DNA of 64,000 nucleotides, taken from positions 6,748,708-6,812,707 of the forward strand of contig CAVNZM010000017.1 in assembly GCA_963693365.1 (NCBI GenBank), in the 5' to 3' direction. This document shows, piece by piece, positions 1 to 12,428 of this stretch. The number at the start of each line of letters is the position of its first letter. Positions within the stretch are counted from its first letter, which is position 1. The position numbers and the translations under genes are program-made. Under the pieces are notes generated by a model. It did no database searches. It had not been told where the DNA came from and was given only the letters and a program-made list of their open reading frames with translations. This DNA is from Amoebidium appalachense. Taxonomy: Eukaryota; Protista; Ichthyosporea.

Positions 1-43
1 ACACAGCTCATATGTCGTCAGCACCGTCTGTGTGTGTGTGTGT

Positions 44-76
<33 letters not shown>

Positions 77-730
77 GGGAGAGGGGGGGGAGGGGGGAGG
101 GGGAGGGGAGGGGAGGGGGGACGAAGAGAAGGAAAAAAGATATTGCATAAGTGAATTTATAGTTAAGGGGAGAATAATAATAGAAATGGCACACCATTCC
201 TCAGTGCTAATGTTAGTTCGAACATTGACCAAATGTGGCGCTACTACTGATTTGTGATACCAAGAAAAGATGTGGGGATACATAACGAGGTATGAGTGGA
301 TTTGTGTGCCAAATGCGGATAGCCATTGGAACGTAATTCTTGATTTTTCAGTATGCGTGTGCAGAGGGAGATACTTTACCAGGTATCGTTTTTATGTTCT
401 GTGTGTATGTGCGGGAAAGTGGCCGGGGGGAGGGAGGAGGGGTCTTTAAACACACATAGGCAAAGGTGCCGTGCTTGAATAGTTACTACGAAAGAAGCAT
501 CATATGCAACTTAAGCGTGTGTTTGTGCGTCTTTTTAATGTTGTTTGGTTTTGTAGTTGTCTTCTTTTCTTTTCCTATTTTTTTTTTGAGGGGGGGAGGG
601 GAGGTTAATGTTCTCTTTGATGGTGGTGAGTGTGCATGTAGGCACTTATGTGCATGTATGTGCGCACACGTCTTCATGCCTAAATTCGAGGGGCAATGGA
701 AGGGAAGGAGAGGGGGGTTAGAGGGGGGAA

Positions 731-781
<51 letters not shown>

Positions 782-2815
782 TACCAAGTCGTCATCTGGG
801 GCAGCTGTCTCGATCTGCTCGGCAATCTCCTCCCTCTCCCCCTGTGTGGCTAGTTAGTCTGCTTGTGTGATATCCACCACCCCACACATCAACATCCCCC
901 ACCCTCCCCAACCCCTCTCCCCCCTCCTTCCCACATCCCCTCCTACAAATTCCACATCCCCTCCTACAAATTCCACATCCCCTCCTACAAATTCCACATC
1001 CCCTCCTACAAATTCCACATCCCCTCCTACAAATTCCACATCCCCTCCTACAAATTCCACATCCCCTCCTACAAATTCCACATCCCCTCCTACAAATTCC
1101 ACATCCCCTCCTACAAATTCCACATCCCCTCCTACAAATTCCACATCCCCTCCTACAAATTCCACATCCCCTCCTACAAATTCCACATCCCACTCCCCCT
1201 TCCCACATCCCCCTCCCCCTTCCCACATCCCCCTCCCCCTTCCCACATCCCCCTTCCCCTTCCCACATCCCCCTCCCCCTTCCCCACATCCTCCCCCCCC
1301 CCCCCCCCCCCCCCTCTCCTCCTCCTCCTCTTCCGATCAAACCTTTAACCACCACAACAACCATGACAACCATCACCTTACAACAAACATTAAGGAGACT
1401 TGGGGGATGGATTTCGCTTAAGATTGGGGGTGCGCATCAGATCGAGATCGACCAAATTCTATAATTGATCCAGTCGGTCAATCGAGGCCGGGAGGTCCGA
1501 AAATTCAACTTTCAATATAAACCCCATGTCATTTGTGAGAAAATGAAATTTTGATTAGTGGGGGTTGGTTAGTTAGAATATATGTATGTCTACCGGTGGT
1601 TCGAGCTGCCCGTTTTCCTCAGCGTAGGCACATATGGAGGGGGTAGAAATCGATTTTTCCAAGGGCTGACACATCAATATCCATTATGTAATTACCCCCC
1701 ACTTTATTAGTAGAATTTTTTATTCAGGGCAGGTTTCTGCGTTCATTCTCTCTGAATGTATCTTGGAAAATGTGACAAAATCAAAAAAAAAAAGAGCCCC
1801 GAAAGTAAGTTCCGCCGGCTCCCAGACTGACATTTGATCGATCTGATAAGTTGGATCCCCTGCACCGCGGCGTCGGCAAACCATCCATTACGTCACCTTA
1901 AAGAAGCCCAAATACGGTAGAAACTGGTAATTCCTTCTCTTCGGTTCATCAGAAACACTTATCGAAGCCAAACAGAGAAAGGGTACCGACACAGAAGAAA
2001 TATGTAGACTGTGCAGGCACGTGCATGGACCAGAAGGATTGCCCTACCCTTCCTCCCCCCCCCCCCCCCCCCCTTCCTTTTTTTTAACCCCCGGTGGACA
2101 CACAGGCAGGTGAGGCACCACGATCCCACCATTCTTATTGGCTCACCTTTGATCCAGCGTATATGATTGGGCGAAGAGATGGGGCTGTTTTTTCAAACTC
2201 TGTGCGCCAGTTGTCCAGCACAGACAGGGGGCACACAACAAGAAAACGCCGTGCCAGGCCATGCATGTATAGGTGGTGCATGTGCGCTAGAGCCTGGGGG
2301 GGGGGGGTGACGGAAAGAGGGGGGGGGGGATATGTGAGGGAAGGGTGAATTGGCTAGATTCGATGAGCATAAGAGACTGATTTGGCCCAATTCTGAGAGT
2401 ATAACGTTATAAAGTGGGGGCTACATCTAGCCAAGAAAAAGGTTTGCATTCGGGTAACCCATAACCCTATAAAGATAACTTGAGACGCATGCTCTTGATT
2501 TAGCAATAAGTAATCAGGCCTGTGCAATGTTAACACACACACACACAAGAAAAAAAAAAAAGAACAGTTTGAACCGTGGTCTGGGACGATCTAAACATAT
2601 ACATCACTTTGGTGTCCCTGAAAATTGCATAGATGTGTTTGTGACAGGGCAAGTGGAGAAAGTGTGGTGTATGGGGAGAGTGAAAGGACACACACACTGC
2701 AACAGTGGGCTCAGAAACACACATTTAAACATGCACCAACACCCATCCATGTGCACTTTCACAAATAATTCGGCATCTTTATATACACCCACTCGCACGC
2801 GTGCACACACCACCT

Positions 2816-2891
<76 letters not shown>

Positions 2892-3066
2892 ACACACACA
2901 CGCACACACACACCTGAATCGTCTTGCCCAGACCCATCTCATCCGCATTGATGCACCCACACCCATTCTTAAACATCCGCACGCTCCAGTTCACACCAAC
3001 CTAAAACCAGGCGAGAAAAAATGAAGAGGAAAAGGGGGGGGGAGGGGGGGGGGGGGGGGGGGGGGG

Positions 3067-3107
<41 letters not shown>

Positions 3108-3659
3108 AACATGATAAGCAAAGAGGATTCATTCGACCAAGTTATGTGCATACAACATCCAGATCTCTTGTGCAAATTTTCATCGTGGATTTGTGTTTTC
3201 TGCACTACCGTGTATGGCTAACTGCACCGGCACAAACCACCCCACACGGTGTACATTTGCTGACATATGGCACAAGTCAGCAATGAATTCTGCTTTGCCG
3301 AACAACGCACGACATTTCACAACACATATTACCCCCCCCCCCCCCCCCCCCCCCTCCCCCTCTCCCCTTCCCCCCCCCCCCCCCCCCCCCCCCCGCCTCC
3401 CCCCCCGCCCACTCACCCCTATATAACCACATTGAATATTGAATATATATGTACACAATAAGAAAAACCTCGCTCCTCCCTCTCCCCCGTACTTACCCCT
3501 CTCAAACATCCCCTCCCCTCCCGCTTTCTGAAAGAACCTCCTTCCTACTCCCCTTCCGCCCCCCTCCCCCCTCCCCCTTCCCCCCCCCCCCCCCACCACC
3601 CCCCCCCCCCCCAAAAATGCTCTCCCTCTCCCTCCCTCCCCCCACCCCCCCTCTCCACC

Positions 3660-3695
<36 letters not shown>

Positions 3696-4375
3696 TTCCC
3701 CAAACCGTTACACACACATACAAGCACATGATAATCTCCAACCCACTATCATATTGAGTAAACTTCGTCTTGTTCCATGCCCTGTCCTTCCTATGCCCTT
3801 GCACAGGCACGCCCAAACAAACACACACCGTGCTCGTGTCTTTGAGACTATGGGCCAGTCTGAGAACCAAGAACATTGAGAGGCACAGCGGAGATAAGGA
3901 ACCCTTGAGGGGGGGGGGGGGAGGGGGGGAGGAGAGAGGGGGGGGGGGAGGGAGGGGGGGGGGGGGGGGGGGGGAGGGGGAGATGCCCATGGCAGTGTGT
4001 TGGGCATCATGATCTGTCATGTCACTGCATGTTTCCTGGAAGTGCTTTCAATGTGAACCGTATATAGATTTGCCATGACATGTCACCCAAGCAGGCCATG
4101 AACGAAGCAGCACAGGTTATCAGTGTGATATGAGCCTCAGTGCAAAGATGCCCTAACATCAGCCGGTGCACGAAAGGGAGGGAAAATGGAGGGAGTGAGA
4201 AGGAAGGGGAGGAGATGGGGGACGGGGAGGGCGAACATTGGGAAGGGGGGGGAGGGTCTACCTCCTGGTATGAGCGAAGGGTGCAAGCCCGCAGGGGGGT
4301 GATGGGCGTCGTGGGGGTGGCAGCCACAGACGAAGCCACAGCACGGGCACGTTCCGTGAGCCCACGTATGGACAT
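1..4375 (-). CDS. CHD1L: SNF2-family chromatin-remodelling ATPase, CHD1L/ALC1-like; 5' part, continues beyond the left edge
   Basis: Phase-compatible GT-AG exons 4262-4375 (MSIRG...TLRSYQE), 2914-3000 ([29 protein letters not shown], Walker A), 2147-2293 (...[34 protein letters not shown], motif Ia), 785-841 ([19 protein letters not shown]), 1-27 (TVLTTYELC). The very short N-terminus before LRSYQ and the CPLSVL.NW / TTYELC wording fit ALC1. SNF2 family is secure; the subfamily is less so. Confidence 0.85.
931..1290. repeat. 21-bp minisatellite (CCACATCCCCTCCTACAAATT) x12, followed by about 4 copies of a related 20-bp unit
   Basis: Exact units start at 931, 952 ... 1162. Variant unit TCCCACATCCCCCTCCCCCT follows. 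Lies in a CHD1L intron. Confidence 0.97.
1425..1862. mobile_element. Possible degenerate MITE-like insertion in a CHD1L intron
   Basis: AT-richer, microsatellite-free block. Left end GGGG..ATCAGATCGA(GATCGA)CCAAAT resembles the reverse complement of the right end ATTTGATCGATCTGAT..CCCC. No target-site duplication identified. Confidence 0.3.
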
Positions 4376-5367
4376 GGTGCTGTGTGTGTGTGTGTGTGAA
4401 ACGGGTGCTTATACGTGTGTGTGTACGTGTGTGAGTGTGCACCCTAACACGTACTGACGTGTTGCCGCACGTGCGACGTTTTAACATCTACTCAGGCGGC
4501 CCTTTTAAGTAAAAAAAAAAAAAAAAAAGGAGACACCGCCTCAGTAGGTGGTAGGTGTGCACCAGTGCCGTGTGTGATTCACCTCATGACCCCTTCAAGT
4601 GCTGCGGCAATTATGCAAGTATTTCCCTAGTATAAGTCAAGCTCTGACGACGTCTAAAGTTGGTTCTGGCCTTCCAACATGAATTTAGTTTCTGGTAGCC
4701 ACAATCACAATGGCGTCTTTGCTGGGGTCTGTACATATGCAGAGGGGGGGCCATGAAGTAAGAACTCTGGAGTTTTTCTTCGCTGCTGAGGAAAATCGGT
4801 AGTGATGGTTATGACACGTGTGACACGATACGGAAGGCATGAACCAACAGTAGAACGTTTGCTGAACAAGAGGCCCTTCAAGGATTTAAAAATTTATTTC
4901 ACACAACCAAAACGACAGAACTTAGTTTACAGGAAGAGGTGTATACTTGAGAGGTTTGTAGAAAGCACTGTCAAAGTCGGCACGTTGACTTATTTTGTGC
5001 AAGCTAGTTTGACCACGTAATAGGTGAAAGAAGAAAAATAATCAACCAAGGGCAAAATAGAAATAGAAGACTCTGAAAACTCCTATATTCATGGAGAAAG
5101 TTGTTGGTAAAGAGTGAAAGAAACTAGGTGGCCCTAAAACTCAAGAGAACCACTGCAGTGGAAATAGAACGGCGAAAAAGGTGTGTTCACAACCTGATGA
5201 TAAAAATAACATCGTATTTTGTTGCAAAACCAGGAGTCCAGTCACTGGCACAGCACACCCAAACAGGTCCCAAAAAAACCTGCTACTCTTATCTTGCACT
5301 CCTTACATACCCGTAACTTCACGAAATATTTCATGCAACGTTAAACAGAACAAACCCCAGATAAACC

Positions 5368-6228
5368 CTAGAACGGCCTCCACACTGTCGTCTGTCCCTG
5401 CCCACTGGTGTCAGGCACTGGTTTCCACATGTTACTGTCCGGGTAATATCCCTGGTCGTAGTAGTGTGCGAGCTCGTAGGGAGGGTAGTGTCTGGTGGAC
5501 GGGGGCGCATAACTCTCGTAATGTTTCTCATAATAGGTGTCGTGGTGCGTCTCGGGAGCTACGTAGTATTTCTCACGACGGTCATAGTAGTAGCTCTCTC
5601 CCTGTGTGTGTGTGTCTGCCTGCCAATACTCGTCCCGTGCCTGTTTAACCCGTGTCTCCGGTAGTGTGAGGCTGTCGCTAGCCCTCCGCTTGTTCTGTTT
5701 GTGACAGCCACAGTCGTGGCAGCACTCCTTACTTGCGTGTGTTCCCTCCCCGTAACTGGCCTGTGGTGGTGACCGACTGGACCGAGAGTCGCTAGTCTCG
5801 TCCGACACCTGTGACGTTTTCTTCTCGTCTTCCTCCTTTCCCTCACCCAACCGTTTGTCCTTGTTTTTCAGTGGCATACGCTTCATCTTCATCATAAGCT
5901 CGGGGTTGTCACGCACAAAAAAATTGTTGCGGAAAATCATAGGTGGTCTGCGCCCGTTCACCAGTTTCGTGTACCCGTTCACCTTGTTAAACCCATACAT
6001 GTTCAGCTGGCGCACAAAGGAGGAAAAGTTGCTTGTCTTGAACGTAGAGCAAAGAACCTTCTCAACGAAGAGGTCAACGTTTCGGATAACAATGGCTTGC
6101 CCATCCGTGGTCCAAGCAATTGCTTCGTCAAAGTTAGAATCGTCCACCAAAAAGCGCAGTTTCGTGACAAAGGCAGTGGTGGGCATGTGGTATGGCGACG
6201 CCAACCACGAAGGCATAGTGTTGGGCAT
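5368..6228 (-). CDS. HSF-type DNA-binding domain transcription factor, 286 aa, no introns in the CDS
   Basis: Single ORF with HSF DBD motifs AFVTKL...AIAWTTDGQAIVI...FVEKVL...FKTSNFSSFVRQLNMYGFNKV...FRNNFFVRDNPELMMKMKR, then a charged linker, CCHDCGCH and a Tyr-rich tail. No evident HR-A/B heptad repeat. Confidence 0.95.
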   Translation of the reverse strand: MPNTMPSWLASPYHMPTTAFVTKLRFLVDDSNFDEAIAWTTDGQAIVIRNVDLFVEKVLCSTFKTSNFSSFVRQLNMYGFNKVNGYTKLVNGRRPPMIFRNNFFVRDNPELMMKMKRMPLKNKDKRLGEGKEEDEKKTSQVSDETSDSRSSRSPPQASYGEGTHASKECCHDCGCHKQNKRRASDSLTLPETRVKQARDEYWQADTHTQGESYYYDRREKYYVAPETHHDTYYEKHYESYAPPSTRHYPPYELAHYYDQGYYPDSNMWKPVPDTSGQGQTTVWRPF

Positions 6229-6389
6229 ACTGTCGGCTAGGGGGCCTACTGCCCTCTCACAGTCACAAGAACGAAGTGCTTTTTTCTGTACTTAGTGGAG
6301 AGAGTCAAGAGGGAAAAAAACGTAGGGAAAAAACTGCGATAAGACTGCTACAATCAAGGATTAGTTGGACGTTGGAATGTGCTGGCTCG

Positions 6390-6450
6390 ACTGGGAATAT
6401 TCTGAAATGGGTAAATCAAATGACCAAGAAATGCGCCCTCTGATTGGCTG
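6390..6450 (-). promoter_or_regulatory. Putative HSF-gene promoter elements: HSE-like GAAnnTTC and CCAAT box
   Basis: gGAAtaTTCtgAAA at about 6394-6407 and CTGATTGGCT (AGCCAATCAG on minus) at about 6440-6449, 165-220 nt upstream of the ATG. A second GATTGG lies near 6684. Confidence 0.35.
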
Positions 6451-8668
6451 ACAAGAAGAATCACTAAAGGGGTAAATGGAACGTGGGTGAGGGTCATGGA
6501 TCACGCGCAAAATCGTGGTGAAGGCATGGTCTCTATTCTCATATTTGCAACACAGGCATAAAAAATCTTATTTGTGGTTTGATTCTTAGTAGATACAGTA
6601 ATTTATGAGCGAGTGACCGCAAAGAAACAAATCCAACTGCTCAGTATCAAATGCTAAGACTCAGCGCGTTAACGTTTCGAGTTGATTGGCCGTATGCTAA
6701 ATTCGAATAATCGGATTGCGATGGTCGCGTGAGCTTATTCCGAACTAAAGGCTCAACTCTGATGGGAAAACATTGTCTGCTGAGTCTAATAATAAAATAT
6801 GGCCTTAGATACAAATAAGTTTTTCAAAGGAGCATAATATCATATCCTTTGCTGGGGTCGATATTATTCGCAGAGCGAAGTGGCAAATTCAACCCTTTCT
6901 ATTTGTTTCATCTTGGCACCAATGAAACGAGAGTTTTTCGAATGTGACTCTCCCGACACGCAAGCACTGGCACGATTTTAATCAGTGAATTTTAGACTAT
7001 CTGAGAAATAATCTGTCGAATCAAGGGGCCTCGCCCATGCTGCCATACATGGCCAGTGCCAGCACGATGGTCTATTTAGAAGAATAAATATTCTTCAAAA
7101 ATAAAGTGATATTTTGGTGTTAAATCAAAGTTGATCACGAAACTTGTTACCCATATGGTAAGATTGCATGTTGATACAATATACGCCTGAGAAAATCATC
7201 GGAGATGCATTCGTACACAGGTATTGTACCGTGTGATCATGGCATATGAACAGAAGAAAATGAGATATATGAAGGATATATCTTTTCCTTGGGAAAATAT
7301 CCCACAAGTCAGGTACATAACGGAAGGTCACCTGTTTACCATAACACGTAGCACACGCACGCACATGCGCTCGCACACACGCACACACCTGCACTAGCTC
7401 GCACATATAAATATAGAAAATAAAATACTTATATGTTGATGTTCCAAGCTATGGGGTTTGCTATATAGATAGATTTAGGAATCCAGGTTGGCTAGGTTTA
7501 CTTACTATGAAGTGAAATTCGTCCGCCTTCGAATTTCGAATTCGTAAACTTTATATTTGAATTTCTTGGTCATCACGTAAACTATTTTGCAACTTTGACA
7601 TTGGTGTATACATTTATATATAAAATACTTATAAATATTTTTTTTATTCTATTGAATGATTTTTTTGCTTTAGGCTGAACGTCATAGAATTCAGGAATTC
7701 AAAAGATTTCTTTGGAAATAGCACCCACAACTCCTATTCCTAGTGCTAGGGAGACGTCGAAAATGCTCCGTGATTGTTTGATCACGGTCCCGGACAGTGA
7801 AGCCTGGCACTTACACTGTACGTCGCCGAACGTGAGGCAGTCCTGAACGCGTGCCGCAAAACATGCCATGTGTATGTACTACAGTTGTAGGTCCGCGTGT
7901 AAACTGTTTTTCTTAGTACAATTTATAGGAATATGTGTACTGTGTAAGTCAAACCAATAACTAAGAACTAAGCTGCATTGGCAGCACATTGAAAAGGAAC
8001 CTCTATAGAACAAAGTTCTGAATGGAATTTGTGGCGTTACAGACTGACGCGGCTCAGTGGAATCACGGTCAGTGAGCTAAATTTACACAGACACTCTGGC
8101 CATGGGCATGCGACGCATGCGTCTGGTAATAGTATCCGGGGACTAAAAAATATCTACATGTACACAAAATATAAAGAGCTTGTACCTAAATATTCTTGAT
8201 TAGCCTTCTTGTTCCGAACATGCACTTACTGACTTATCTAAAGGCTTTGAAAAGCATAGGCCTACAGTGCTACACGCTCCCACAACATGACTCGGCCTGA
8301 CATGAGTACTGACACGGTCAGCGGGTCGGTGAGCCCCACCGTTGCGGGGCGGGCAGCGGGCCGGGCCGGCCCCCGGGCCGGCCCCCCGGCCATTTGTAGG
8401 ATGATACGTAACACAGTCACAACCGCGTTGTGACGTCACGTAGAAGTCCCCGCCGATATATCCTTGAAAAAAGTTCACGACCGGGGGGAGGGCGAAGAGA
8501 GGACTCTATGATGGAGGCACTGAGGATCTGGGGGGCCGAGCGTGTGCCAGGGGGGCCCCTCATGCGCCTGAGTCCCGCCCAGGGTGGGTGGGGTTCAGGG
8601 GAAGGGGGGGGGGGGGGGGGGGGGGGGGGGGGATGGGGGGGGGGGGGGGGGGGGCACTGCGCATGCTA

Positions 8669-8703
<35 letters not shown>

Positions 8704-10297
8704 GGGGTCACTCCCCACTGATAAAAAAAAAAACCCCTCCCCCCCGGCCCCAACTTGCAACGTGGGCACCCTGCGGCCACCCAAGGACCGTGTGTATTAC
8801 TGTAGTAATGGCCTGCGGGTCACCTGCACACCACGTGCCACGTGCAAGGGGATTTCGACACTCTCTACTGCCCCCTCTTAGGCCTACTACCCTGCAGGTT
8901 ATGCCAGCGCGCAGCATTCAAATTAATCATGCATGCAACGGCACACACGGTTTTCGCCGTGGCATCGCGTAAATATACTTTCTCAGTGACACCACCGGCC
9001 ACCAAAAATTTTCATGATCCCATATAAGGGAAATTTAGCACACAACTAGTGTGCCATGACAGAAGATCAGCACAGTCACACACATACATACACACATAAG
9101 CGGCAATGCCATGCACACATACACACACACACAAACACACACACACACATGCATGCATGCATCATGATGTGTGCATGCATGACGGTCAGCAATTGTGCAC
9201 TGTACACGCATGTTCTTGCATTTTATTGCATTTTTATTATTTTAAATTCAATCGGGTCTGACCTTTATTCAGCACCGCTGTCTTCCAACTTGTCATGGTG
9301 GTTTAAACTTACCGGCCACAAAGCTGAGACCTGTGTTTAACTTTCTTCTTTCTAAACTGAGCCCGTCAAACAGACATGGCAGCTGAACGATTAGGCTGCC
9401 GCATCATATTAGAAAGGGGGGGCTTGCTTCCTACCGTGTGGATCTGGCGGGGGGGTCCAGTTACGAAATTTCTCCTATCCGCTGCCGGGGTCTAACATAG
9501 CGTCGTGGTTCTGTGAAGTTTAGGGTCACGTGGGATGCATGCTGTATCCCATATTTCTGGGTCTCAATGCCAATGCATGCTGTGTGCCCCGTATAGTGTG
9601 CACAGGTGTTGTAAGTTGCACTCTCCGACGTACCGGGTATGTATCTGCATTCGGGGCAGGCTGGTAGGGTGTGTGTGTGTTAAGGGGGGTTGCAGGAAGG
9701 TGGGGGGGCGTGGGGGGGGAAGGGGGGGGGACAGGGGGTGGGAATGGGTGGGGGGGAGGGGGAAGGGGAGGTTGCTTCTAGGTGTTGTGGCTTGTTTCTT
9801 TCTGCGACAGTCAACTTTTTGGTTTTGCCAGCTTTGTGTTTGTTTTTTTAATCCGGCGGCTCCAAGTGCCTATGTATCCTACAGTACATCAAGGTATCCG
9901 CATATTTGCTCAAAGAAAAGTTCAGAGATTCGTACAGACATATTGGCCACGATGGGGTGTCTCGGGCCCGTGGGTGCTTCGCTAGCGCTGGTGGGATGGT
10001 GATGCCCCTCAGGCTGGTGTAGAGGCCCTACCGATTTAATCATGGGTGATGCTGCATGCAGTCCGGTGGGGGTGGTAAGGTGCAGCCACTCCATAGGGTT
10101 GCTAAAAATAGCGGCTGGGTGATGGCACGGCCGGCAGCTCGTCCTGCCCGTGGTGGGTTAAGGGGGGTGGAGGAGGGGGGGGGGGGTGGGGGGGGGGAGG
10201 GGGGAGGGGGGAGGGGATAGGGGGGGAGGGGAGGGGGGGGGGGGGCAGGGGGGGCACCCAGTTGGGTGGGGGGGGGAGGACGGGGGGGAAGGGGGTG

Positions 10298-10340
10298 AGA
10301 GAGAGAAAGAGAGGGGGGGGGGAGGGGAGAGAGAAAGAGG

Positions 10341-10428
<88 letters not shown>

Positions 10429-10525
10429 AAGAGAGAGAGAGAGAGAGAGGGGGGGGGGGGGGGGACTCGAAGAGAGAGAGAGAGAGAGGGAGGGAGAGAG
10501 AGACAGACTAGAGAGAGAGAGAGAG
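10298..10525. repeat. (GA)n microsatellite with G tracts
   Basis: Direct reading of long GAGAGA runs flanked by G and C homopolymers. Confidence 0.95.
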
Positions 10526-10540
10526 GAGGTGAGGCTGACC

Positions 10541-10573
<33 letters not shown>

Positions 10574-12062
10574 TGCTCCCCGGCCATTCAGCGGCATATA
10601 CCCGCTCTTGGCTGGAGCGACTCGTCCAATCATTCGGCATAACATTGCTACGGGCCCCGGAAACCCGGAAGTGATAGGATGCCGTGTGGCGGCACAGAAT
10701 CGGATCATGTCTGTGGCTGTGGTCTACCCTGATATATATATCGATCTCAAAACAGGGCCAAGTGTATTGCTGAAGTCATAGGAATAATACTCTGCACAGC
10801 ACATTATGATTTTTGCTGCAATGCTTTTTGCATATAGTAGTTCGTCGCGGTAAACCATTACGGCCCATAAGTTGCAAACAGCGACACATTGCTCTGCATA
10901 TTAAGTCATCATTTCGGCCTGGCATAAGTAAATCGGTTTCGAACAAATCAGAATAGTTTTAGTGAAGTCAACAATAGTCCTAGCGCTCTACATGGTACAC
11001 TTTGAAAAGATTCAATTATTATTATATTCAGAGTCAAATGATCATGATCTAAACTCCATGGATTCGAGTTGAACAATTCACCTTGCAGCCATGATGCAGA
11101 CAGCTCTGCTGATGTGGCCCATATTTCAAAATAACATGTGTTAATAAGTTCAGTAGTAGAGTGTTTCATATGGTTAACGTTAAGGAAGTCGATCCTCTAC
11201 TGAAACGGCCAGGCTATATTTGCAACTCGCAAGCCTGAGAAGTATCAGTCACTCTAAGCATTTGGAAGGCCTACCATGATTGGCCAGCACGAGCCGTCAA
11301 CTGATCATGAAGGCCCACCTCCCTCCCGGGGCGGAGTCCCCCCCTTCCCCCCCCCCCCCCCCCCCCCCCCCCCTCCCCCCCCTTCCCCCCTCCTCGGGGT
11401 ACCCGGCCCGTCCTACCCATTCGTGCTCACTACATGTGCATGCACATCGTATTAAGTGGGCATGCACTCGCAATATCAATAATTGGATAACATTGAGTCA
11501 GTACGTGTGCTTGTAGCACCTACAGGTTGACGTGTACTGTACATGCTGTGATTGTAACAGTGATGTCATTTTCTTGAAAGCAGCCACTTCGCAACTCATG
11601 ATCACGGTAGAGTGGGAGTCGCTGCTGTACATGTGTCTCACCCACCGTGGCCTGTCACACACACGTCGTGTGCTTTTTATGAGCATACGTGTGTGTGTGT
11701 GTGTGTATTGCGGGTGTGATTCACGGTGTGTCACGTCACGAGTCAACTTTGGAAAGGATTTCACGCTCACGTGTGTATGTGGCTGGTTTCAATTGGCTGA
11801 GGGACCATGTGAGTGCATGGATGTCATGCCATTGGGGTGACACTGTATGCAAAGTGTGTGGAGGTGTATCTGCCGCCGGGTGCAACTCATGGGTTTCGAA
11901 ATCTAGCTGTGACATCGAGACTAATTGGCGTGCGTGTATGCCATCAGTACAGAGGCCTCTGGATGATCATGATGCGTGTGAATATGAGCTTGGGCAATGG
12001 TGTCTGACGGTTTTTTTTTCTTTTTTTTCTTTTTGTGTGTGTGTGTGTGCAGTGCGTGTGGC

Positions 12063-12098
<36 letters not shown>

Positions 12099-12393
12099 TT
12101 ATTGTGTGTGCATCATATGCCTGCAATTTGGCGCGCATCTGTTCGAAGTTCATCATGTTGTGTCCACCAACACCATGTCGACCGTGCACACCAATCACCC
12201 TGTTACACAAGGAGAACTATTTAATTGAATCTAACTTTCGGGGTGTGTGTGTGTGTGTGTGTTGCCCATGTATATGGGGTCCAGCCCCGTGCATTTTTCT
12301 CTCAACTGTGGATACATGATAACGGCTGCCACAGGCATACCATCACCACTACACCACTTCAACACTACCACGTGTTTGTGCACGTGCATACAT

Positions 12394-12426
<33 letters not shown>

Positions 12427-12428
12427 CC

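Noticed and set aside
792-1421. Long ORFs with periodic peptides ([21 protein letters not shown])
   Set aside because: Translations of the 21-bp intronic minisatellite, open in several frames at once.
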